DNA of 64,000 nucleotides. Origin: Saprospiraceae bacterium. GTDB lineage: Bacteria; Bacteroidota; Bacteroidia; Chitinophagales; Saprospiraceae. The DNA is taken from the NCBI GenBank assembly GCA_019187365.1, contig JABARE010000046.1, positions 54,625-118,624 of the forward strand. The letters run 5' to 3'. The notes under the pieces were generated by a model that saw nothing but the letters and a program-made list of their open reading frames with translations, did no database searches and was not told the DNA's origin. Positions 55,570 through 63,064 of this stretch are shown piece by piece. The translations under genes were made by a program, and so were the position numbers. Numbering within the stretch: the stretch's first letter is position 1; each line of letters opens with the position of its first letter.

Positions 55570-57495
55570 TTTAATCTTCACCGACATCAGCCTTTTTACG
55601 ATGTCCGGGTCAATCTCCATGCCCTTGTTGATGGCTTGCTGTGCCATGGCCTTGTCTCCCAGACGCGTGTACGTAATGTAGAGATTTGCCCAGGTGCTTG
55701 CATTTTTGGGGTTGATTTCTGTTGCGCGCAAGAGGTATTCCAGCGATTTCAGCAGATAGCCCATTTCTGCCTCGACGGCGCCAAGCACCTCGAGCACCTG
55801 GTCGTCCCGGTCGTTGAGCTTGAGTGATTTCAACAGGGCATTCTTTGCGGCAGAATTGTTGTTCTCCTCATAAAACAGCGTTTTTCCCCATTCGCGCAAT
55901 GCCCTTTGGTAATTTTTGATGATGGATGCGTCTCCGGGGTTTACGTCAATGTATTTTTCATAGACTCCCACCGCTTTCGGGTATTCCTTGTTCAGGTAAT
56001 AGGCATTGCCCAGAAGGAAGAGGCAATCAGCATAACGCGGATAGATCTTAACGGCTTTGGTAAGGTATGGAATGGCCTGGGTTAACAAATGTTTGTTAGC
56101 CTCTTTATCATCCGACATTCTGTATTGCTCCAGCAAGGTAAATCCCAGCGACGAATTGAGTTTTGCGCTGTTGGATGAATGGTCTATGTCGTTGCGAAAA
56201 AGGGTGAGGTTGTCGTGCCAATTGGAAGATCTGGCAAAACTCCGCACGGAATAAGCAATCGTCAGGACAGCAAAGAAGATGCTTGCCAAATACCGCCGAC
56301 GGACGTCAAGTGACGACAGTAACCAACCCAAGGCAATGCAAAGGCCCAGCGAAGGCGCGAAGGCAAAACGCTCTCCCATGTAAGCGCCGGTGTTGACGAC
56401 GAGGTTTGATGCCGGTAGCAGGGTGAGGAAGTAAAACGCGATCGCAAAACTCAAGACCGGCCTTTTGCTGCGCCACCATGCGGCTACAGCAACAAGCGAA
56501 AGATGAACCAATGCGCTCAGGATGGCTGCAGGAGACGACATGGCAAAGGTTGCTATGCTCTTTGGTGCATAATCGTGGGTGAGCGGGTAGGGAACGATGT
56601 GAAGGTACAGGTAACGCAACAAGGTGTAGAACACCGTTCCATAGCGGTCTCCGGGCTTCATTTCCACAAGCCGGTCTCCGCGATACACGAGAAATGGATT
56701 TTCCAGAAAATTGGCGGGGGGTTCATACAGCTGGGTTCCAAGTACCGCCACCCGGCATATCAGGTAAATGGCTGCACCCGCGACGAGCACGATGGCAGGC
56801 TTCATCATCCGCCTGCGATCCGGGGGTACCATTCCCCACAAAGCAAAAGGAATGAGCAAAACAAAGCTCAAAGCATGTTCTTTTGAAAAAGCGGCGAGTG
56901 TCATAAAAATCCCGGCAAGCCAGAGGCGTTTTGTGCGCGGGTCTTCCTGATAAGACAGTGCTGCGTGGAGACTCAGCAATCCAAACCCCAGGGCAAAGAT
57001 CTCGTCCAGGCTCTTCACGTTGGCTACAACCTCTGCGTGCAGCGGAAGGACAGCAAAAAACAAAGCGGCAAACCAGGAGGCATGCCCGGCCCGGTCCGGC
57101 CACCTGAAACGCAGCAAACGGCTCAGGGTTTGGTATATTAAAATACAGAGCAAGCCATACAGCAGCAGATGCAATGCATGGGCAACTATGGGATTCGCTC
57201 CCACTAGCTGGTGTTGAATGGCGAAAAAGGCCAGGGAAAGCGGCCTGTATCGGTTGGCGCTCGCTTCACTGCTTTTGCCGCTGCCGGTAAAATATCCTTC
57301 AAAACTGTTGTTGGCAAATATTTCCGGAATGCCGCGGATTCCTTTGTGCACGAACTGGTTTTCGGTAAATACGACTTTGTCGTCAAGTACAAATCCATGA
57401 AACAGTGAATTTGAAAAAGGGATCAGGGCCAATAAAACAAGTATCAGCAGTTGGCCCCGGCGGTCGAAATCCCACAGATTTTTACCTGAAAACAT
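55567..57495 (-). CDS. TMTC-like membrane protein: polytopic N-terminal (DUF1736/GT-C-like) domain fused to C-terminal TPR repeats
   Basis: 642 aa from ATG 57495 (MFSGKNLWDFDRRGQLLILVLLALIPFSNSLFHGFVLDDKVV). It has about 10 TM helices followed by at least 5 TPR repeats. The 82-codon upstream extension in the track ORF runs through repeat copy B and is rejected. Confidence 0.75.
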   Translation of the reverse strand: MFSGKNLWDFDRRGQLLILVLLALIPFSNSLFHGFVLDDKVVFTENQFVHKGIRGIPEIFANNSFEGYFTGSGKSSEASANRYRPLSLAFFAIQHQLVGANPIVAHALHLLLYGLLCILIYQTLSRLLRFRWPDRAGHASWFAALFFAVLPLHAEVVANVKSLDEIFALGFGLLSLHAALSYQEDPRTKRLWLAGIFMTLAAFSKEHALSFVLLIPFALWGMVPPDRRRMMKPAIVLVAGAAIYLICRVAVLGTQLYEPPANFLENPFLVYRGDRLVEMKPGDRYGTVFYTLLRYLYLHIVPYPLTHDYAPKSIATFAMSSPAAILSALVHLSLVAVAAWWRSKRPVLSFAIAFYFLTLLPASNLVVNTGAYMGERFAFAPSLGLCIALGWLLSSLDVRRRYLASIFFAVLTIAYSVRSFARSSNWHDNLTLFRNDIDHSSNSAKLNSSLGFTLLEQYRMSDDKEANKHLLTQAIPYLTKAVKIYPRYADCLFLLGNAYYLNKEYPKAVGVYEKYIDVNPGDASIIKNYQRALREWGKTLFYEENNNSAAKNALLKSLKLNDRDDQVLEVLGAVEAEMGYLLKSLEYLLRATEINPKNASTWANLYITYTRLGDKAMAQQAINKGMEIDPDIVKRLMSVKIK

Positions 57496-57519
57496 TGCTT
57501 GCGCTTTATGGTTAACCGG

Positions 57520-57527
57520 CAAAGATA
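57520..57527 (-). promoter_or_regulatory. Bacteroidota -7 promoter box TATCTTTG upstream of the TMTC-like gene, at the edge of repeat copy B
   Basis: The reverse complement of caaagata matches TAnnTTTG, 24 nt upstream of ATG 57495. Its first two bases (TA) are also the terminal TA of MITE copy B. Confidence 0.45.
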
Positions 57528-57715
57528 AAGGGCACCTCGAATAACTCCATTTTGATGTCGGAATGAATTTAGCAAAACAAGTCGAAGCGCAGCAAAAGAA
57601 GCAATGCAGAACTATAACTGACTGAATTGCAACGAAGTATTGTGAAGATAAATTCTTTGAGTGGGTGAGCTTTGAGGGCTGGCAGGCGCAATAGGGGTTT
57701 TTTTTAAGTGCCCTA
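57526..57715 (+). mobile_element. MITE-like repeat, copy B (short form)
   Basis: The left end is TAAAGGGCACCTCGAATAACTCC. The right end ...GGGGTTTTTTTTAAGTGCCCTA has the reverse complement TAGGGCAC..., identical to the start of copy A. The core of about 100 nt at 57590-57690 is nearly identical to copy C (61310-61420). Confidence 0.65.
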
Positions 57716-57814
57716 GAAAAATTCTTCCCATTTTGTAGCACAATTTCCTTATTTTTAAATCCTGGAACCTCCTATCCACTGCATTACAGCATCCGATTTC
57801 GTTAGCGTGATCCA

Positions 57815-57880
57815 GGACTCACCCCGGCGCTGCGCGCCACCCCTCTCTGATCTTTACCAAGATCAAAGAGGAGGGAGTTC
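57815..57880 (-). repeat. bipartite-hairpin (REP-like) repeat unit R1, inverted relative to R2/R3
   Basis: GGACTCACCCC-[GGCGC tgc GCGCC]-A-[CCCTCTCTGATC tttaccaa GATCAAAGAGGAGGG]. The flank and architecture match the reverse complement of R2/R3, but the stem sequences differ. Confidence 0.6.
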
Positions 57881-57924
57881 TTGTTGAATTGTGTTTGCGC
57901 AAAGCAAAGGACAAATGATTTCAG

Positions 57925-57985
57925 TTGGGAACCCTCATTTTTGCGTCAGCAAAAGAAAGGGTGGCACGAAGTGCCGGGTGAGTCC
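57925..57985 (+). repeat. bipartite-hairpin (REP-like) repeat unit R2
   Basis: TTGGGAACCCTCATTTTTGCGTCAGCAAAAGAAAGGGTGGCACGAAGTGCCGGGTGAGTCC. It contains two hairpins, ACCCTC..TTTTGC/GCAAAA..AGGGT and GGCAC gaa GTGCC. Confidence 0.65.
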
Positions 57986-57986
57986 G

Positions 57987-58045
57987 TTGGGGACCCTCCT
58001 TTTGCGCCAGCAAAAGAGAGGGTGGCACGAAGTGCCGTGTGAGTC
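57987..58045 (+). repeat. bipartite-hairpin (REP-like) repeat unit R3 (tandem to R2)
   Basis: TTGGGGACCCTCCTTTTGCGCCAGCAAAAGAGAGGGTGGCACGAAGTGCCGTGTGAGTC. It is about 85% identical to R2 and starts 1 nt after it. Confidence 0.65.
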
Positions 58046-58071
58046 AAAAGGCGCGGATGGTCATTTTGTCC

Positions 58072-59031
58072 TCAAATTTTTACAAACTTCCTGACCCGGG
58101 GTCCATATTTAGTATTCACTCTAAGAAAATAAATACCAGGGACTAAATGGGGCACCTCAATTCTCATATCTTTCCTTTCATTAACCGGTATTCTCTTTTG
58201 AAGATTTCCCGAATGATCGTAGATTTCAAAACTGTTCACATATTCTGTTCCATTCATTTCTACCTTCATGATCCCGGAATTTGGATTTGGATAGATCACA
58301 ACTCCATTTATCAGGCCATCCTCTTCCTGGGTATCCATGACATACGTGCTGTCGCATTGATAAAAGGTATGATCTCTTGTAAAACAAACTCCATAAATCG
58401 TGTCAACCCCTCTTCCGGTGATTTCATACTGCAAAGTATAAGGCCGCTCACCAACTTCAACTGGTATGTACTTTCCACCCAAATAAACTGTATATGGACC
58501 TTTATAAATGCAGCCATACCTAACCCTTGGAAGAGAGGTCCAACCCCATGGTTCAATAAAATGATACATCCTGTCCGGGCTAAAAAAACTCCATGTATTA
58601 TTTTTACCAGGACAATCGATCTTTTTGAATTCTTCCAGATCCTTCACACTTATGGTTACGGGCTGATGTATAGCATGTATGAAAAACAACAGATCTCCTC
58701 CTCCTATGCATGGCGCATTCACAACCTTATCGGCATCACCAACAATACGTTTTACGATGAGGTTCAGCGGATTAATTGGAGGGGTTGTATTATAATATTC
58801 AAAATAATTTACTGCACGTACATCAAATAAACTATCAAACGGCGATAGATCGGTAACTTCCCCAAAATCAGGATTGCCAGTTTGTTTCGCGGTCAAATCA
58901 TAACCCACTTCAATGCTGTCTATATTTCCTATGGCATCTTCAAAATAGAAGGTCGTCAGAAAGAAGGGTGTTTTTTGTGCCGTAGAGGTAAAAGCAAGTA
59001 GAAGCCATAAAAACGCGATCATCTTTTTCAT
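58072..59031 (-). CDS. secreted protein of unknown function with T9SS type-A C-terminal sorting domain
   Basis: 319 aa with the signal peptide MKKMIAFLWLLLAFTSTAQ and the C-terminus VVIYPNPNSGIMKVEM...GIYFLRVNTKYGPRVRKFVKI. The coding sequence is AT-rich. Confidence 0.75.
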   Translation of the reverse strand: MKKMIAFLWLLLAFTSTAQKTPFFLTTFYFEDAIGNIDSIEVGYDLTAKQTGNPDFGEVTDLSPFDSLFDVRAVNYFEYYNTTPPINPLNLIVKRIVGDADKVVNAPCIGGGDLLFFIHAIHQPVTISVKDLEEFKKIDCPGKNNTWSFFSPDRMYHFIEPWGWTSLPRVRYGCIYKGPYTVYLGGKYIPVEVGERPYTLQYEITGRGVDTIYGVCFTRDHTFYQCDSTYVMDTQEEDGLINGVVIYPNPNSGIMKVEMNGTEYVNSFEIYDHSGNLQKRIPVNERKDMRIEVPHLVPGIYFLRVNTKYGPRVRKFVKI

Positions 59032-59033
59032 AG

Positions 59034-60743
59034 TTACTGTTTTACCAGGGTTTGATAATGATTATTTTCAATACCTATCATAAAGAGGGTATAAGTACCG
59101 TTGAATAATGAGCTGACTGAAAGCTCGTACTCATTCTCACCTTCATTTGTTGCATACATAGAATTGCTCAATAAGCTCACCTGGCCGTTTGCCTGGTTTA
59201 CAGCAAATATAGCAAATTCTTCACTCTCAAAGGCATCGTAGGTAAGTTGAATGTTACCTGAAGATGGGTTCGGAGAAATAATCATCTCTGAAAAAGGCGG
59301 TACATACACATCCGGCTCGCAGGTTCCTGTTGTAAAGTTCCTGCTAAATGTCACCGGATCTATGCAATCGTTTGTTCTGCCTACCGTCAACTCAATTCTA
59401 TAGTTTGTACCAGGCTTCAGATAACGTCCGGAGCCGATTGAAAGGCCGTAATTTTTAAAACAGAGTGTTGTGGCAGGGCTTTGTACCCAACCCGGATCAT
59501 ATACCAGGATGGAATTTCCTCCGCTCAATTCGTACACTTTTACCCGATGCTTTTGGTCATTATAACTGGCTGTAAAATCAAAGCAGGTAGAACAGTAGCC
59601 ATAATCGCTCTGGTCGGGTTTTGGAAGTGAAATAAATGCACTTGGTGCCCAACATGAGCGGTCTGTTTGAATGGTATTGATGTAACCACATTTGTAACTC
59701 CATAATTGCATCAGGGTTTTTCTGAGTTGCTGATACGTAAATGCACACTGGCATGCGTTGTACGCCATGACATTGTTGTTTTGAAACTCATCCAGACAAC
59801 ATGGACTGGTCGGACAAGGTGGAGTCTCCAAACAATCGTTGATGTTATTATACCACCTCTGAGTAGATGAATTGTAGCTCATCCCGATGCCATCCGTTCC
59901 GGGTTCTGCAGGATCGCTGCTGATAATTTTTCCAAAGCACTGTTGTTCCTTCTCCCTAATGTCATAGTAATCGCCATCACAGTTCCGATCAAGGTCAAAA
60001 TTAATCTCGGGGGTATCGTCTAATTCATCCTTCTTCCAACTATGACTCAACCCCATGGTATGTCCCCATTCATGGTTTAATATATTCCCTCCCAGTTCTG
60101 CTAAATTGAAGTATGTAATGGTGCCTCCTTCACCCCCTGCAGCTCCGGAGCATCCATCACAGGGAGAAATGTATAAATTAAATTCAGAAGCCTTATTAAC
60201 ACCAAATGTCTGATGCATAATGTTTATTTTGGATCGTGCATCAACATCAGCGGGAGAAGAAACTATATGTATATAAACACCCCGAAGCACGTACTGGAAC
60301 GGATTGCATAATTTGATGGCACCAGGTTGGTTTATTTGGATTTCATTCAAATATAAATAGTAGTTGGCTTCATTGACCAGATCTTCTGCCAGTTTATTCG
60401 CTTCAGAGACAACATGCCCTTTGGGGGTTATGAGGTTGTTGGTTGAATCATCATCAACAAAAAAGTGAACGTTGAGGTTTATCCAAATCAATCGACAATG
60501 ATCACCTCCATCCAACTCTTCCATAATTTCTTCCACATCAATACAAGGGTCCGGATTGTAAATGGAGTCAGGATGTTGTGTTACAGAATCCACCGGACAA
60601 TTAAAAAATTCAGATTGACCTGATAGGGTACTTTGAATGGTGCAGAATACGATAAGTATTTTAATGATTTCCGCCCGAAATAAGAAATGATCCCCCTTTA
60701 ATTCATCTTTAAAATGGGAGCATGCGAACATTTTCGTTTTCAT
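59034..60743 (-). CDS. secreted metzincin-type zinc metalloprotease with T9SS type-A C-terminal sorting domain
   Basis: 569 aa with the zinc-binding motif HEWGHTMGLSH (HExxHxxGxxH). The C-terminus reads IISPNPSSGNIQLTY...GTYTLFMIGIENNHYQTLVKQ. Its stop is 2 nt before the start of the downstream gene. Confidence 0.8.
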   Translation of the reverse strand: MKTKMFACSHFKDELKGDHFLFRAEIIKILIVFCTIQSTLSGQSEFFNCPVDSVTQHPDSIYNPDPCIDVEEIMEELDGGDHCRLIWINLNVHFFVDDDSTNNLITPKGHVVSEANKLAEDLVNEANYYLYLNEIQINQPGAIKLCNPFQYVLRGVYIHIVSSPADVDARSKINIMHQTFGVNKASEFNLYISPCDGCSGAAGGEGGTITYFNLAELGGNILNHEWGHTMGLSHSWKKDELDDTPEINFDLDRNCDGDYYDIREKEQQCFGKIISSDPAEPGTDGIGMSYNSSTQRWYNNINDCLETPPCPTSPCCLDEFQNNNVMAYNACQCAFTYQQLRKTLMQLWSYKCGYINTIQTDRSCWAPSAFISLPKPDQSDYGYCSTCFDFTASYNDQKHRVKVYELSGGNSILVYDPGWVQSPATTLCFKNYGLSIGSGRYLKPGTNYRIELTVGRTNDCIDPVTFSRNFTTGTCEPDVYVPPFSEMIISPNPSSGNIQLTYDAFESEEFAIFAVNQANGQVSLLSNSMYATNEGENEYELSVSSLFNGTYTLFMIGIENNHYQTLVKQ

Positions 60744-61210
60744 AAATAGTAGTTGACTGGAGTTTAAAAAACCAATTCCACCCCCTGCAATAGCAGGAGC
60801 TATTAAAAAAATCAGAAACCGGATGTCTTACTTTGGAAAAGACCGCCCGAACACTTTTTTATAGCAATCACAGCATGTTCTCAAATGCCAGCTTGCATAA
60901 TGCCCCAGGCATTCTAATAGAATCATCCGGTCAACTCCTGCCTGGAGGTGTCATTGTTGCATTCTCCATATCGATGGGGGTTTTGTGGTTATTGAATCAC
61001 CTCACACTCCGGTTTTTAAAAGACAGGAATGTTTTAATCTTTCTCTTCCGTTGCAATATATATATATTATATATGGAGTATAAAAAAGCGCTTACTTTAA
61101 CATAATTTTAACAAAACAAGCTCGTTAATCAAACCGACCTGATCTTTATTTTAAGCGTCTGAATTTATTTTCTGATAGAAGCAGTTCTATTCTCCGTTAA
61201 ATCAGATGCT

Positions 61211-61463
61211 TAAGGGTACTGCAAGAAACTCCATTTTGATGCCAGAATGAAAAGGGCTACCTCTCTTTGCTCCCTGTTGATTCCTGCATGAATTTATCAA
61301 AACGAGACGAGGCGCAGCAAAAGAAGCTATGCAGAACTATAACAGACTGAATTGCAACGAAGTATTGTGAAGGAAAATTCTTTGAGTGGGTGAGCTTTGA
61401 GGGCTGGCAGGCGCAATAGGGAGTGGAGAGAGGCAGCCCAAAAGGGAAACAAGTCTAGGTGCC
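61211..61463 (+). mobile_element. MITE-like repeat, copy C (long form, duplicated left arm)
   Basis: The left end is TAAGGGTACTGCAAGAAACTCC, and the left-arm module is shared with copy A (GAAAAGGGCTACCTCTCT..CTCCCTGTTG). The core is nearly identical to B. The right side has two end-like segments (GGGAGTGGAGAGAGGCAGCCC and GGGAAACAAGTCTAGGTGCC), so the right boundary is approximate. Confidence 0.6.
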
Positions 61464-61586
61464 GTGAAGCAGGCAATGTAGAACTATAACTGACTGAATC
61501 GCAACGAAGGATTGGAAGCTAAATTCTTTAGGCGCGTGAGCCGGAAAGGCAGCCTGACGCAAAAGCGATATATTCGAGGTGTCCTG
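61464..61586 (+). mobile_element. MITE-like repeat, copy D (5'-truncated, diverged), directly abutting copy C
   Basis: It has the core TAGAACTATAACTGACTGAATCGCAACGAAGGATTGGAAGCTAAATTCTTTAGGCGCGTGAGCC. The right end ATATTCGAGGTGTCC is close to the reverse complement of the left end of copy B (GGGCACCTCGAATAAC). Confidence 0.55.
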
Positions 61587-61688
61587 ACGCCTGCTGCCAT
61601 AAACCTTTGCCAAGACAAGCCTTCCCGGGCCGCATATTGGAGCTTCAACCGGAGCGGTCATCCGGGTTCCAACCGGCAACGCGTCAAC

Positions 61689-62957
61689 TCATGCGGCTCC
61701 GGCCTGGTACTTAGATGTCGACGCAGGTCTGGGCGCGTAGCGCTCCGGTGGATACCGGGCCTCAACCTTGTGCATGCGGTAATAAGTCAGGGCCACGATG
61801 GTGCTCAACCCACCCACACTCCACCAAAGGACACTAAAACCCAGCCGGTCGGCCACGGCACCACCACTGTAACTTCCCAGCACATGCGCAACACTGTAAG
61901 ACATGGTATAGAGCGAAGCGTACTGTCCAATGGTAGCCGGTGCACTGCGGCTCATGGTGTAGCTCAATAAAAACGGCATGGCGAGGATCTCCCCTGCAGT
62001 CAGAATGACCGAAGAAATCAGTGCCAGTTGCAGGGCCGGCAAGGGAAGTACGTTAAAAACGACAAATGCCAGACCGGTTACAAATGTTCCGGCGGCAATG
62101 AGTTTGAGTTTCCGGATGTGCTCGAGCGAAAAGACGGCTACCATTTCGAAAGCCGCGATCAGCAACCCGTTGATGGCCATGACCCAGCCGATGGCCGTTT
62201 CTCCAAGTGCGAGTTCTGCCTTCAAGTACACCGGGAGGGTGGTAAAGAGTTGAAAAAAACAGATGCCGAACAAACAATTCAACAAAACGAAACGCAAAAA
62301 AAAGTGATCCCTGAAAGGAGAAATGCTGTTGCTGTCCCGCTCCTTTTCCTTTGTGTGAGCCCTGGCCGGCTCAACCCTGGGCAAGGCCAGCAAAACGAGT
62401 CCGGCAGCCGACAAATTGGTAATGCCGTCAACCCAGAAGAGCAACTGGTAGTTGTGCGCGGCGATCCATCCCCCAACGGCAGCGCCGAACGCCCAGCCCA
62501 GGTTGACCGACAATCGAACGAGCGATCCACTCCGCGTCAGACTTTCCGGAGCACTATAAGCGGAAATGGCCGCCATGCTGGCAGGCCTGAAGGCCTCGTT
62601 GATCACCGCCATGACAAATGTCCCGAAACAGATCCACCAATACGATTGGATGAAAGACAGGGCAATGAACGATAAACCACCGAGAAAGAGGGTCAGGACC
62701 ATGATGCGGTAAAATCCATACCGGTCTGCAAGTCTTCCACCGAGCAAGGACCCTGCAATGCTGCCCATACCAAAGCAGGCAAGGACAAATCCTGCTTTGG
62801 TCATGCTCACGCCGTGGTGCTGGGTGAGGTACATAGACATAAATGGCACAACCATGGTGCCTGCCCGGTTGACCAATTGCACCGATGCCAGCAACCAGGA
62901 GTTGCGGTGCAGGCCCGAAAATGAATCGCGGTATAACTGTATAATTCTCGCAGGCAT
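61689..62957 (-). CDS. MFS transporter
   Basis: 422 aa with 12 predicted TM helices and the MFS loop motif GGRLADRYG between TM2 and TM3. Confidence 0.85.
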   Translation of the reverse strand: MPARIIQLYRDSFSGLHRNSWLLASVQLVNRAGTMVVPFMSMYLTQHHGVSMTKAGFVLACFGMGSIAGSLLGGRLADRYGFYRIMVLTLFLGGLSFIALSFIQSYWWICFGTFVMAVINEAFRPASMAAISAYSAPESLTRSGSLVRLSVNLGWAFGAAVGGWIAAHNYQLLFWVDGITNLSAAGLVLLALPRVEPARAHTKEKERDSNSISPFRDHFFLRFVLLNCLFGICFFQLFTTLPVYLKAELALGETAIGWVMAINGLLIAAFEMVAVFSLEHIRKLKLIAAGTFVTGLAFVVFNVLPLPALQLALISSVILTAGEILAMPFLLSYTMSRSAPATIGQYASLYTMSYSVAHVLGSYSGGAVADRLGFSVLWWSVGGLSTIVALTYYRMHKVEARYPPERYAPRPASTSKYQAGAA

Positions 62958-63064
62958 ATCGCAAGTTAAGTGAATGTGTAGCGATCGGCTTTGCTTGTGT
63001 TCCGTTTAACAAGGCGTTATCCAAGATTAACGAAAAATTGTTTTATTTGCCTTTTCTGCTGAAA

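Noticed and set aside
57496-57741. 82-codon N-terminal extension of the TMTC-like ORF
   Set aside because: It reads through MITE copy B. The same pseudo-peptide (VAIQSVIVLHC) appears in ORF 61455..61679 across copy C/D, so it is repeat sequence rather than coding sequence.
57925-58045. Tandem repeats as a mini CRISPR array
   Set aside because: There are only two direct units, separated by 1 nt with no spacers, and a third inverted unit. No cas genes are present, and the units are internally bipartite hairpins of about 60 nt.
60833-61105. 90-aa ORF in the AT-rich spacer upstream of the metzincin gene
   Set aside because: It opens at TTG, has no motif, and its composition looks like AT-rich non-coding DNA. 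It is more likely a promoter region.
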